DNA from: Terriglobia bacterium
GTDB lineage: Bacteria; Acidobacteriota; Terriglobia; 20CM-2-55-15
Length of the DNA: 64,000 bases
Direction of reading: 5' to 3'
Assembly: GCA_965198225.1 (NCBI GenBank)
Contig: CBDAOY010000007.1
Span: 990,045-1,054,044, forward strand
The notes below the pieces were generated by a model that saw only the letters and a program-made list of their open reading frames with translations, was not told where the DNA came from and searched no databases. A program made the translations under genes and the position numbers. This document shows positions 29,838 to 39,899 of this stretch, one piece after another. Position 1 is the stretch's first letter; the number at the start of each line of letters is the position of its first letter.

Positions 29838-29978
29838 GCACGGATTACACGGATGGACTTACACATACAGGAGGAAGACAAGCCACGGATTGCACGGATT
29901 ACACGGACAGGAAGAAGCCCGTGGTCTGCATTCCGAAAAGACTACTCCTAATCCGTTAAATCCGTGTAATCCGTGGCT
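29838..29978. repeat. CACGGATTACACGGA repeat cluster (direct and inverted copies) between oppC and oppD
   Basis: Copies are at 29839-29855, 29884-29909 and 29951-29976. The flanking inverted repeats are GCCACGGATT / AATCCGTGGC. Confidence 0.6.
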
Positions 29979-29999
29979 TAGCAGTCTGAACATCAACGT

Positions 30000-31034
30000 A
30001 TGAACGAGGCTACGCTACTTTCGGTCCGATCACTAAGGACCTACTTCGAAACCGAGGACGGTACCGTCAGGGCGGTCGACGGTATCGATTTCGACCTCGC
30101 CTGCGGACGGACGCTCGGTATCGTCGGAGAATCCGGGTCCGGGAAGTCGGTCACCAACCTTTCGATCATGCGCCTGATCCCGTCGCCACCAGGTCGCATC
30201 GCTTCGGGCGAGATCGACTTCGACGGCCGGGATCTCCTGTCCCTGTCTGAGGAGGACATGCGCGGCGTTCGCGGCGATCGCATCGCGATGATCTTCCAGG
30301 ACCCTATGACTTCGTTGAACCCGTTCATGCGGATCTCGGACCAGCTCATGGAAGTGACCCGCCTCCACCTCGGGCACGGCAGGGCCGAGGCGCTCGAACA
30401 CGCGGTCGGAATGTTGGAGCTGGTCGGTATTCCGGATGCGCGCGAACGCGCGGGGAACTATCCACACGAGTTTTCCGGAGGAATGCGCCAACGCGTGATG
30501 ATAGCGATGGCATTATCGTGCGAGCCGAAACTGCTCATCGCCGACGAGCCAACGACGGCTCTGGACGTCACGATTCAGGCGCAGATTCTCGAACTGATCC
30601 GAAAACTGAAACGGGAGACAGGCACGAGCGTCATCCTGATCACCCACGACCTCGGCGTTGTAGCCGGTATGACCGACGACATCGTGGTCATGTACGCCGG
30701 CAAGGTCTTTGAACAGGCGCCGACACGCAGGCTGTTTGCCAATCCGGCCAATCCGTACACCGAAGGGTTGTTGCGCTCGGTCCCTGGACCGTCGTCGAAC
30801 GGCGGGGAGCTGTACCAGATTCCTGGTCTGCCTCCCGACCTCACGCGGCTCGGACCCGGCTGTCCGTTCGCGCCCCGATGCGACAGGGCGCAAGAGATCT
30901 GCAACAGCGAATTCCCGCCCTTCGTGGAACTCGGGCCCGACCATCACTCGCTGTGTCACTTCGCCGCCGAGGTTTACGCCGCGAACGGCGGGAGACAATA
31001 TGACGCCGGCTCGCCGTCCGAAACCGGTGATTGA
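30000..31034 (+). CDS. ABC peptide transporter ATP-binding protein (OppD/DppD-like)
   Basis: It has Walker A/B, the LSGGQ-like FSGGMRQR and a C-terminal oligopeptide-transporter domain. Confidence 0.9.
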   Translation: MNEATLLSVRSLRTYFETEDGTVRAVDGIDFDLACGRTLGIVGESGSGKSVTNLSIMRLIPSPPGRIASGEIDFDGRDLLSLSEEDMRGVRGDRIAMIFQDPMTSLNPFMRISDQLMEVTRLHLGHGRAEALEHAVGMLELVGIPDARERAGNYPHEFSGGMRQRVMIAMALSCEPKLLIADEPTTALDVTIQAQILELIRKLKRETGTSVILITHDLGVVAGMTDDIVVMYAGKVFEQAPTRRLFANPANPYTEGLLRSVPGPSSNGGELYQIPGLPPDLTRLGPGCPFAPRCDRAQEICNSEFPPFVELGPDHHSLCHFAAEVYAANGGRQYDAGSPSETGD

Positions 31035-32122
31035 GAGACATGGCTGAAAGCGCAACAGGACCGGACGTGGCCCACAACGGAACGCTTCTCTCGATCCGGG
31101 ATCTCAAGGTGCATTTCGATCTGGGCGGCGGAACCCTGTGGGATAGGGCCACAGGGGGGAGTCCGGTCCGGCGCGTCGTCAAGGCTGTCGACGGTGTGAC
31201 CATCGACATCCGCGCCGGCGAGACCCTGGGCCTGGTCGGAGAATCCGGATGCGGCAAGTCCACCCTCGGGCGTGCGCTGCTACGTTTGGAAGAGCCGACT
31301 GCCGGCGCGGTCGTTTTTCGCGGAGTGGACCTCCGCGGCCTGGCGCCGGCCGCGATGCGCGAGCAGCGGCGTCATCTGCAGATGATTTTCCAGGATCCGT
31401 ACGCGTCCCTGAACCCGCGCATGACGGTCGGGCAGATCGTCTCGGAGCCGATCGAGACCTTCGGACTGGCATCCGGCGCGGAAAAGGCCGGCCGGGTGAA
31501 TGAGCTGATGGAAACGGTCGGGCTCAGCCAGAGGTTCGTCAAGCGGTACCCGCACGAGTTCTCCGGCGGACAGCAACAGCGCATCGGCATCGCGCGCGCA
31601 CTGGCGGCCAATCCTGATTTCATTGTCGCCGACGAGCCCATATCGGCCCTGGACGTGTCGATCCAGGCGCAGATCATCAACTTGATCGAGCGGTTGCGCC
31701 GGGAACGAAACCTGACATACCTGTTCATCTCACACGATCTCCGCGCTATCCGGCACACTGCCGATCGCGTCGCGGTGATGTATCTGGGAAAGCTCGTCGA
31801 GCTGGGTGACGCCGAGACTCTCTACAACGACCCGCTCATGCCGTACACGAAGGCGCTGATCTCGGCGGTTCCCATTCCCGACCCCGAACGGGAGTTGGCG
31901 CGCGAGCGTGTCGTGCTGGAAGGTGACGTTCCGTCCCCCATCAACCCGCCCTCTGGCTGTCGCTTCCACACCCGCTGTCCTTATGCCATCCACGCTTGCA
32001 GGGAGAACGTGCCTGAGCTCGTCGAAATCAAGCCGGACCACATGGCCGCGTGCATCCGGATCAGTTCCGAGCAGCCCGACATCGACGGGGTTGCGCCTGA
32101 TTCGGCCCCGGGACTTGGTTGA
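31031..32122 (+). CDS. ABC peptide transporter ATP-binding protein (OppF/DppF-like)
   Basis: It has [17 protein letters not shown] and the C-terminal Cys cluster C..C...C. Confidence 0.9.
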   Translation: MRDMAESATGPDVAHNGTLLSIRDLKVHFDLGGGTLWDRATGGSPVRRVVKAVDGVTIDIRAGETLGLVGESGCGKSTLGRALLRLEEPTAGAVVFRGVDLRGLAPAAMREQRRHLQMIFQDPYASLNPRMTVGQIVSEPIETFGLASGAEKAGRVNELMETVGLSQRFVKRYPHEFSGGQQQRIGIARALAANPDFIVADEPISALDVSIQAQIINLIERLRRERNLTYLFISHDLRAIRHTADRVAVMYLGKLVELGDAETLYNDPLMPYTKALISAVPIPDPERELARERVVLEGDVPSPINPPSGCRFHTRCPYAIHACRENVPELVEIKPDHMAACIRISSEQPDIDGVAPDSAPGLG

Positions 32123-32143
32123 GAAATTCCTGTCTGAAAAGTT

Positions 32144-32400
32144 TTGGGTAAGTAGACACCCGAGGACAGGGCTATACCCCTGTCCCCCTCACATTGGCTC
32201 TTTCACGGACTTTTCGCGTAGCGACCGGAAAACCCTCTGTGCCTCCGCGCCTTTGCGGTGAGATCGCCGCTCTGAAGAGTTCTGCGTAAGCAGACACCCG
32301 GGGACAGGGCTATACCCCTGTCCCCCTCACATTGGCTCTCTCACGGACATCCCGCGTAACGACAGGAAAACCCTCCGTGCCTCCGCGCCTCCGTGGTTAG
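32144..32400. repeat. two tandem ~139-bp repeat units in the convergent intergenic region. Each contains the palindrome GGGACAGGGCTATACCCCTGTCCCC.
   Basis: Unit A (32144-32282) aligns with unit B (32283-32400) at about 88% identity. Confidence 0.7.
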
Positions 32401-33713
32401 TCTTCTTTCATCACCAGTGTTTTTGCGTGTTTCGAGCGGAACAGGTAGGCCACGTAGCCGAGGGTGAGCGTGGCGATTCCGGTCAGAGTCGAGATCGGTT
32501 GGGACTGGATGCTCCACACGGTGATCCAGAGGGCAAAGATCGTGAAGATCAGCGGCGGGATGGGGTAGCCGATACAGATGCGGTGAGTGGAGCGGCCGGA
32601 TCGGCGGAGGCGGAACAGGCTGATCACCGTCAGCGCCGCAAAAATGTTCAGAGTGAAACCGATGTAGATCAGCAACGCGGTGAACGACGACGTCAGCGCA
32701 ATCAGCACCGCAAGGGTTGCCTGGAAGAACACGGCGAAACTGGGGACATTCCGATGATTGAGTCTGCCGAAACGCTCGGGAAGAAACCCGTCCCGGGCCA
32801 TGGCCTCGGCGACGCGCGGGCCGGTCAGGAGCATGGCGCTGATCGGAGCGATCAGGGTCACGGCGATCAAGGTCGACACGAGCCGCCCGCCCTCGGGTCC
32901 CCAGACGGTCCTCGCGACGAGGTAGCCGACTTCTTCGACGCCGGAGAGTTCCTCGAGTCCTACGGATCGCAAAAAGGAAAGGTTGACGAGAAAATACAGG
33001 AGCGTGACGCCGCCCGCGCCCCATAGCAAAGAGCGAGGCAGGTTGCGCTCCGGCCGATCGATCTCCGTCCCGATGTATGCCGCAGCATTCCAACCGCTGT
33101 AGGCGAACGAGATGAACACAAGAACGACCGCGAACGACGACGAGGTCCAGAATCCGGGATTGAACGTCAGGGGGGACCCCGACCTGACGTCCGGTCCGGC
33201 GAAGAGGATGCCGAACACGAACGCCAGGAGCAGGAGCACCTTGATGGCGATCATGATGGTCTGTACCCGGCTTCCGAGTTTCAGATCATATGCGTGGAGC
33301 AGGGCGAGCAACAGAATCGTTCCCGCCGCCATCCCCCGGACGGGCCAGTTCGGCAAAATGGTGCCGACGTAGAGATGCATGGCCATGGCCGATGCTGCGA
33401 TCGGGGCGGCAAACCCGACGATCAGGGAAACCCAGCCGGAAATGAAACCTGCGGCCGGGTGGAGAAGCCGGCTCAGATAATGGTATTCGCCGCCCGAGGC
33501 CGGGAAGTGTGCACCGATCTCCCCGTAACAGAGGGCGCCGCACAGGGCGATTGCGCCGCCGACCAGCCACCCGAGGAGAATGTCGCCGCCTTCGGCACCC
33601 ATGGACACCATCAACCCGGTCGTCGTGAAGATGCCGGTGCCGATCATGCTCGAGACGACGATCGCCGAAGCCGGTATCGCGCCCAGAACACGGCGGTTTT
33701 CGGTGTCTCTCAC
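32397..33713 (-). CDS. APC-family amino acid permease
   Basis: It has 12 TM helices and the N-terminal motif SSMIGTGIF. Confidence 0.85.
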   Translation of the reverse strand: MRDTENRRVLGAIPASAIVVSSMIGTGIFTTTGLMVSMGAEGGDILLGWLVGGAIALCGALCYGEIGAHFPASGGEYHYLSRLLHPAAGFISGWVSLIVGFAAPIAASAMAMHLYVGTILPNWPVRGMAAGTILLLALLHAYDLKLGSRVQTIMIAIKVLLLLAFVFGILFAGPDVRSGSPLTFNPGFWTSSSFAVVLVFISFAYSGWNAAAYIGTEIDRPERNLPRSLLWGAGGVTLLYFLVNLSFLRSVGLEELSGVEEVGYLVARTVWGPEGGRLVSTLIAVTLIAPISAMLLTGPRVAEAMARDGFLPERFGRLNHRNVPSFAVFFQATLAVLIALTSSFTALLIYIGFTLNIFAALTVISLFRLRRSGRSTHRICIGYPIPPLIFTIFALWITVWSIQSQPISTLTGIATLTLGYVAYLFRSKHAKTLVMKED

Positions 33714-33783
33714 GTCCAGGGAATCCTACCAGACTTGCCACGCGGGCCAGATGAAATGATGTAATACGAGTGAGGTCTGTTCG

Positions 33784-34683
33784 ATGCGTGTCTGTTACGG
33801 TCCCGGCTACACCATCCCTCTGCCGCACACCCATCCGTTTCCGATGGGCAAGTACGAGGCGCTCTACCGGATTCTGATCGAAGAGGGCTTGATCGTTCCC
33901 GCCGACGCGCACGATCCCGGCGAAGCGGATTGGAGCGACCTGGCCTTGGTGCATACCTACCAGTACCTCGATACGCTCCGCCGAGGCAGTCTCGACAGGG
34001 ATGCTGAACGGCGTCTGGGTCTGCCGTTTTCCGAAGTTCTTCTACGCCGCTCGCGCCTGGCCGTCCAGGGTACGATCGACGCCGGACAGTTTGCCCTCGA
34101 GGAAGGAATCGCAGCCAACCTGGCCGGCGGCACCCACCACGCGTTTCCGGGCCACGGTGAAGGCTACTGCCTGCTGAACGACGTCGCCGTCGCCGTGCGG
34201 GTCTTGAAACGCTCGAAGGCAATCGAGAACACCCTGGTGGTGGATCTGGACGTACATCACGGGAACGGCAGTGCCAGCATCTTTGCCGAGGACCCATCGA
34301 CCTTCACGTTGTCGATCCACGGCGCGAAGAATTACCCGTGGGTGAAACCTCCCTCCTCGATCGATGTGGCGCTTCCGGACGGGACCGGAGACGAAGAATA
34401 TGTCACAGCGCTCGTCAGCCACCTGGATACCGCGGTATCAGAGTCCTGCCCGGACCTGATCTTCTACCTGGCCGGCGTTGACGCCGCGGCCGGAGATCGT
34501 TTCGGCCGGCTCTCGCTCAGTCCGGAAGGCCTGCGTCGGAGGGACCGCTACGTTCTGGATGCTGCGAGACGTCACGGCATTCCGATCACGCTCCTGCTCT
34601 CGGGGGGGTATGCGAAAACGCCGCAGATGACTGCCGAGTTGCATGCCATCGTTCATCGTGAACGGTGCGCCGTCTACGGGTGA
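33784..34683 (+). CDS. histone deacetylase-superfamily protein (acetoin utilization/acetylpolyamine amidohydrolase-like)
   Basis: It has the HDAC motifs GGTHHAFPGHGEGYC and VVDLDVHHGNG. Confidence 0.8.
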   Translation: MRVCYGPGYTIPLPHTHPFPMGKYEALYRILIEEGLIVPADAHDPGEADWSDLALVHTYQYLDTLRRGSLDRDAERRLGLPFSEVLLRRSRLAVQGTIDAGQFALEEGIAANLAGGTHHAFPGHGEGYCLLNDVAVAVRVLKRSKAIENTLVVDLDVHHGNGSASIFAEDPSTFTLSIHGAKNYPWVKPPSSIDVALPDGTGDEEYVTALVSHLDTAVSESCPDLIFYLAGVDAAAGDRFGRLSLSPEGLRRRDRYVLDAARRHGIPITLLLSGGYAKTPQMTAELHAIVHRERCAVYG

Positions 34684-34704
34684 CCCAGACCGCTGCGGAG
34701 CATC

Positions 34705-34979
34705 CTAGTGACCTGTAACAGTGCTATCGGTACCAGCGTTCGGCGGAACGGCGTCGGATTCTAGGAGTGACGCTCGAGCCAATGCTGTTTCATTGCGAGG
34801 GCGTTGCGACACCGAAGACGGCGCCGTTCCGCCGAACCCTTCGGGCCGATGGGGGTTGCGGGCGATCTCTTTGTCGGAAGCCGTCACCGATGAAAGAGCA
34901 TCGCTTTCCGTCTCCCTCCTCGACCTCGCCCGCAAGACCCATCGGCGATGGTGCCGATAGCACTGCTACAGGCCACTAG
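34705..34979. mobile_element. 275-bp MITE-like element, copy 2
   Basis: It is about 97% identical to 25414-25688, with the same TIRs. Confidence 0.7.
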
Positions 34980-35073
34980 GGTCCTTCTGGTTGTGGTACC
35001 TCGCCGTCCGCTTGCTATAATTGCGACTCTCCAGTCACCCAGAGAAGCGTATGCCGTTCGGCAGGTTGTCAGG

Positions 35074-36888
35074 ATGGAAGAAGAGAAGCTCGACGAAATC
35101 TTGAAAGGACAGGACGAAGCGCCCGTCGTCGAAGAGAAGCTGCGCACGCCGATGACGATTCTCTTCAGCGACATCAAGGGGTCGACCGCGTACTTCGAAC
35201 GGTATGGCGACGTCGAAGGGCTCGCGATGGTCCAGCGCCACAACGATCTCCTGTTTCCCTGCGTCGAGAACAACCACGGTCGGATCATCAAAACGATCGG
35301 CGATGCGATCATGGCGCTTTTCAACAATCCTGTTGATGCCATGAAGGCGGCAGCCGCCATGCAGCGCTCACTGTTCGACGACCGGAGCAACCGGTCGGAA
35401 TCGCAACGGGTCCACATCCGCATCGGCCTTCACACCGGCTTGGGATTGATGCAGGACAACGACGTGTTCGGCGACGTCGTCAACGCCTCGGCCAGGGTAC
35501 AGAGCCAGTCCGAACCCGACCAGATACTGATCACCGACAGCCTGCTGCATGCCGCCGAGACGGCCGGCATGCAGGTGGGTAAGCTCGGGCGGGCCCGGAT
35601 GAAGGGTAAGGATGAGCCGATCGACATCTACGCGGTGGCCTGGTCCGGGTGGGCGACCCAGCAGTTGATCGACGAGCTGCAGAGGAAGTTCGACGGTGCG
35701 TTGAGGGGGGCGAAAGAGAGACACAAGGCCCTGGAGGAAGAATTCGACGCCGCCCGCGACGGGTGGCGTGATGAACGGCGCCGTCTAAACGCCGAAGTCG
35801 AGCGCCTCGAGGAAGGTGCTCTCGACGCGATGGAAACGGCGCGAAACCAGGTATCCGAAGAGTTCCAGAAACAGCACCAGTTCAAGCAGGAAGCGACCGA
35901 CAAGGCCCGCGGGCAGGCCGAGGAGGATCTCAAAGGCACTCAGGAACGATTCGAGGCCGAGCGCGTCTCACTGAAGGCTCAGATCGCCAACCTGGAGGGG
36001 CGCCTCGTCGAAGCGATGGAGCGGAGCAACAACCCTGCGCGGGCTGCGACCCAGATTCGAGAACAGGTTCAAACGCGGTTGGACCAGGCCAAGAAGGAAT
36101 GGCAAGCCCAGTGGGAAGTCGAGCGGAAAAGGCTGGAAGCCGAGATCGAGAATGCAAAGACTGCCGGTCAGCCCAAGGATCCGATGGCCGAGGCGCGCCG
36201 GTTGATGATGGAGAAAATCAAGGCCAAACAGGAGGGCCGGGAGCCGGGCACACCGGGCGCCGAACTGGCCGCTGCGAAGGAAAAAGCGGAGAAAGAGCGT
36301 GACGAACTGCAGGCTCGCGTCGCGGGTCTCGAAAAAGAGGTCCAGAATGCCGAGGAAATAATCCGCCAGGAGGTTTACAACGACCTGCGTCACAAGTACG
36401 ACCAGAAGCTCGAGGCCGCGGATCGGATCAAGAAGCAACTTCAGCACGAAGTCCAGTCGCTCTCCGAGCAGCTCCAGGGCGAACGGGAGTCGCTTTCAGC
36501 GAGAATCAATCAGCTCGAAGCGGATGTGTCCGAGGCTGAGAACGCAGCCCGCGTCCAGGCGTCGGCTGAGGTCCGTTCCGACTACGAAAGCAAACTCGAC
36601 GACGCGGAGCGCGCGCGCTCCCGGCTGGAACGCCGCCGTCAGGAAGCCGTCGAAGAGATGGAACTGGAACGTTCCCGCCTGGAGAAACAGGTGAAGACCC
36701 TCGAGGCCGGCGTGCAGGAGGCCCGTGAAATGGCCTTCAAACGATCAAGCGATCCGACGATCGAGGAGCTCAACCGGTTGAGGCATCACCTGGAAGAAGA
36801 ATTTCGCGAGAAGACCGCTGCGTGGGAAGACGAGAAGCGCCACCTGCTGGAAAAGATTGCCCGCCTCGAAAACCCTGAAGGCGATTGA
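35074..36888 (+). CDS. class III adenylate/guanylate cyclase catalytic domain fused to a ~430-aa coiled-coil region
   Basis: It has the CHD motifs ILFSDIKGSTAY, GDAIMALF and GLHTG...GDVVN. The C-terminal region is heptad-rich (E/R/K/A/L). The start was moved to MEEEKL because the track start lies inside the MITE. Confidence 0.75.
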   Translation: MEEEKLDEILKGQDEAPVVEEKLRTPMTILFSDIKGSTAYFERYGDVEGLAMVQRHNDLLFPCVENNHGRIIKTIGDAIMALFNNPVDAMKAAAAMQRSLFDDRSNRSESQRVHIRIGLHTGLGLMQDNDVFGDVVNASARVQSQSEPDQILITDSLLHAAETAGMQVGKLGRARMKGKDEPIDIYAVAWSGWATQQLIDELQRKFDGALRGAKERHKALEEEFDAARDGWRDERRRLNAEVERLEEGALDAMETARNQVSEEFQKQHQFKQEATDKARGQAEEDLKGTQERFEAERVSLKAQIANLEGRLVEAMERSNNPARAATQIREQVQTRLDQAKKEWQAQWEVERKRLEAEIENAKTAGQPKDPMAEARRLMMEKIKAKQEGREPGTPGAELAAAKEKAEKERDELQARVAGLEKEVQNAEEIIRQEVYNDLRHKYDQKLEAADRIKKQLQHEVQSLSEQLQGERESLSARINQLEADVSEAENAARVQASAEVRSDYESKLDDAERARSRLERRRQEAVEEMELERSRLEKQVKTLEAGVQEAREMAFKRSSDPTIEELNRLRHHLEEEFREKTAAWEDEKRHLLEKIARLENPEGD

Positions 36889-36927
36889 ATACGACCATCC
36901 GAATCCCTCCTTCGCGCGTCTAACCAG

Positions 36928-37194
36928 TTGACGCACCAGAAACGGTCAGCCACGGTGAGAGATATGGTCAAGAATTTCATCCCGAACTGCGACCTGTGCG
37001 GTCGAGAGATTCCCGAAGGGAAGTACCCGCAACGAAGGGTGCCGACGAACGGGATCGAACTGTTGATCGTGCTCCTGGAGAATTCCGATCCGGAACTGGA
37101 ACTGCGGGAAAACGAAGACGGGACCGTCGACCTGGACACGTGTCTGGACTGCTACACGCGGATGGCTTTTTCGCATAGCCACGCGGTGAATTAA
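36928..37194 (+). CDS. small zinc-ribbon-like protein (CxxC...CxxC)
   Basis: It has CDLCGREIP and CLDCYTRM. The alternative start is MVKNF. Confidence 0.4.
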   Translation: MTHQKRSATVRDMVKNFIPNCDLCGREIPEGKYPQRRVPTNGIELLIVLLENSDPELELRENEDGTVDLDTCLDCYTRMAFSHSHAVN

Positions 37195-37489
37195 GTGTGG
37201 GTGCGCTCTATATGAGCGCACATCGTTTCGGCTCAAAGAATGTGCGGTCATAGACCGCAGCTACACCTATCGCAAATTGCGATATTTGAAAGAATCCACA
37301 TTGCAGGTTGCTCATTGGAGATTGTTTCATTTTAGATTTCCGACCAATAAGAAATCGAGCAATTTGCAATCTCCAAATTTCCAATGCGGAATCGTCCAAT
37401 GACCAATCTGCAATAGCTGTCAGACGAGGTCCCAGCCACCTCCCTCGATCGAGTAGAATGTGCGGTCATAGAGCGCACCTACACTTCCA
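37195..37489. repeat. AT-rich repeat element with internal palindromes (GTGCGCTCTATATGAGCGCAC) and direct repeats (AGAATGTGCGGTCATAGAsCGCA)
   Basis: The core TTGCAGGTTGCTCATTGGAGATTGTTTCA has a ~75%-identical copy at 23160-23225. Confidence 0.55.
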
Positions 37490-38305
37490 CTAATTTCCCC
37501 TCCGAATATAAATATTTCCGTTGAACGTGGTGAGCTGGAACTCCGGTCCGCCGCCGTTGATGTTGCCCGTGATCGTCTTGTCGATTCGGATTCGGCTACG
37601 GTCGCCGCGCGATTCGTCGATGACTTCCTGCGTTCCGCCGGACTGCCGCTCGATCTCGAAGTCGCTGTAGATCTCTCCGTTGTCGGTCTTCATCTTGATC
37701 GTGGCGTTGACGTTGCCGGGGAGCGTGACGTCGATTTCACCGTTGAGGGTACTGAAAGACATCGGTGTGTCGGGGGTGACGCTCGTGAACGTGACCACGA
37801 CCTCGCCGTTCAAAGCGTTCGCGATGGCCGATCCGCCGATGTTCGTCAGCCGTACTGCGCCGTTGGTGTTGTCGACCTCGATCTCGCCGCGAACATCGGA
37901 CACCACGATATCGCCTCCGCTGACCGTGTCCAGCTCCAACGAGGTGTCGAAGGGAACCCGGAGCCTCACGTTCGTGACACGGGACATCGCGCTGCTTTCG
38001 ATCGTCATCACGTTGTTCCGTTCTTCTACTTCCAGCCCGGTCGACAGGTTCGGAATTCGTCGCAGGCCGCGTGCCCTGGGAGGTGCCTCTCGCCGCGATT
38101 CAGAATCCTGCCCGGCGGCCTCGATCACGACGTCGGAACCGTCGTAGCCCTCGACGGTGATCCCTCCCATGAGGATATCGGCGACGACGCGTCCCGGACG
38201 TGATGGGTCGGAAAACGGAAGCGTGATCTGTTCCTGCGCCGCTACGGGCAGCGCCGTGGCGAGGAGCAACGGGATGATCACAGTTGCGAGATTGGCTTTG
38301 TTCAT
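37490..38305 (-). CDS. DUF4097-family secreted beta-helix protein (last gene of the ECF sigma operon)
   Basis: It has a signal peptide and VNGxIxV repeats. Confidence 0.75.
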   Translation of the reverse strand: MNKANLATVIIPLLLATALPVAAQEQITLPFSDPSRPGRVVADILMGGITVEGYDGSDVVIEAAGQDSESRREAPPRARGLRRIPNLSTGLEVEERNNVMTIESSAMSRVTNVRLRVPFDTSLELDTVSGGDIVVSDVRGEIEVDNTNGAVRLTNIGGSAIANALNGEVVVTFTSVTPDTPMSFSTLNGEIDVTLPGNVNATIKMKTDNGEIYSDFEIERQSGGTQEVIDESRGDRSRIRIDKTITGNINGGGPEFQLTTFNGNIYIRRGN

Positions 38306-38360
38306 GGTCTTCTTCCTTCGAGGCAGAATCGCCGCATTCTCCTCTAATCGTGACGAGTGA

Positions 38361-39179
38361 TCACAAGTTCAGTTGATCGAGCCCCCACGCGGCGCGTTCG
38401 CGCACGCTTTCATGGACGGCTCCGTTCTGCCTCAGTTGTTCGAAAACCCCGATAGACCGCTGCTCCCGGATGTCGACCAGAAAATTGATCAATGAGATCT
38501 GGACCAGTGGCGACTCCTGCCGGGCCAGGGAATTCAAAACCCCCTCCCGAACGGAGGGCGTGTCGCTGAATTCCACGAGAGCATCGATGACGGCGAGCCT
38601 CACGTTCACGTTGGGGTCGTAGTTCAGCGTGCTCAACAGGGAAGTCAGGATCTCTTGGTTCGGTCGAGCGATTTGCGAAGTCCAGTTCACGCCACGCAGG
38701 CGCTGGCTGGCCGATTGCTGTTCGAGAAGGGAGAGGGCGACGAGCTGTCTGAGGCTCTGGACTTCTCCCTCCAGAGTGCGCAGGTCCCCGTTCGGAGCCT
38801 CTGTCACCATGAACTGCGTACCAACGACGAGTCCGACGACGAGAAGCGTCAGTGCCGAACCGAGCTGAACCAGCGGTTGGCTGGGCCACCATCCCGCTAT
38901 CCACTCATTGAGAGATTCGTGCCATCGCGGTCCTGGATGGGCGTTGGCCAGGCCTTCCTCGTAAGCCTCCAACATGGCTTCGAAACGGGCTCGAACTTTG
39001 GGTGAAGGTTCCTCCGTCGGGATCGAACCGAGCTTCGTCCAGATGCCCCTGAGGCTATCCGCCTCCTGCTGGCATGCCGAGCAGGTGTTCCAGTGAGTCT
39101 GGAGGGCTGTCTTGGAGAGCTCATCCAGACTATCGGTCAGATAATCGGGGAGTTTTTCTCTTACTTTTGCGCATTCCAT
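38361..39179 (-). CDS. anti-sigma factor (N-terminal zinc-finger HxxxCxxC, one TM helix, HEAT-like periplasmic domain)
   Basis: It has HWNTCSACQ and overlaps the ECF sigma gene by 19 nt. Confidence 0.75.
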   Translation of the reverse strand: MECAKVREKLPDYLTDSLDELSKTALQTHWNTCSACQQEADSLRGIWTKLGSIPTEEPSPKVRARFEAMLEAYEEGLANAHPGPRWHESLNEWIAGWWPSQPLVQLGSALTLLVVGLVVGTQFMVTEAPNGDLRTLEGEVQSLRQLVALSLLEQQSASQRLRGVNWTSQIARPNQEILTSLLSTLNYDPNVNVRLAVIDALVEFSDTPSVREGVLNSLARQESPLVQISLINFLVDIREQRSIGVFEQLRQNGAVHESVRERAAWGLDQLNL

Positions 39180-39745
39180 GACTTTTTCTCACCTGCAATC
39201 CTGAAATAGACCTTCCTCAGTTCCTGCGTTGCCCGGAAGACTCGAACCTTGACGGTTCCGGTGTCGCAGCCCATGACCTCGCCGATCTGATCGTATTTCA
39301 TGTTCTGAAACCGGCTCAGAATCAACACCTCGCGCTTCTCGTCGGGAAGATCCGCCAGAGCCCGTCGCAACAGCGCGGCCTCCTGCTTTTTCCCAAGGTC
39401 CTCGGGCGCGACCGACGGGCTCATCACCTCCAGCAGCGTGTCTTCGAAGTAGTACTCCCGCTTGTGCTTGTTGAGGTGGTCGATCCGGGCGTTCCGCGCG
39501 ATGTGGTACATCCACGTCGTGAACCGGCTGCTGGCTCGAAACGTAGCACGGTACTTCAGAATCCGGAAGAAGACGTCTTGAACGAGATCCTCGCTCACTT
39601 CGCGGCTGCCGGTCATCCGGATGAAGAAGTCGAACAGCTTCCTGTGATTCCGGTCAAACAGCACCCCCAGCTTGGCCACCTGCCCCTTGCTCACGTCGAG
39701 CATCAGGGCATCATCGCTGACGGAACTGACTTCCTGCGCCTTCAT
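39161..39745 (-). CDS. ECF (sigma-70 family group 4) RNA polymerase sigma factor
   Basis: It has region 2 (...DLVQDVF...) and the region 4 HTH. Confidence 0.85.
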   Translation of the reverse strand: MKAQEVSSVSDDALMLDVSKGQVAKLGVLFDRNHRKLFDFFIRMTGSREVSEDLVQDVFFRILKYRATFRASSRFTTWMYHIARNARIDHLNKHKREYYFEDTLLEVMSPSVAPEDLGKKQEAALLRRALADLPDEKREVLILSRFQNMKYDQIGEVMGCDTGTVKVRVFRATQELRKVYFRIAGEKKSWNAQK

Positions 39746-39899
39746 TCTTCCGATTCCAATCCTGAAAACCGATCGATTGTCAAAAGGTTACAGAAAACCG
39801 CAACCAAAAGGGGCGATGATTTCAGAGTCGGTTTCAGAAGTTGGAGACCAGGGCTTAAAGGATTGATCACAAGCGTCTTATCGCCTGCCGACAGGCAAG

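Noticed and set aside
32144-32400. Possible CRISPR array
   Set aside because: There are only two 139-bp units with no short-repeat/unique-spacer periodicity. Units are too long and too similar end to end. The same applies to the 9749-10246 block.
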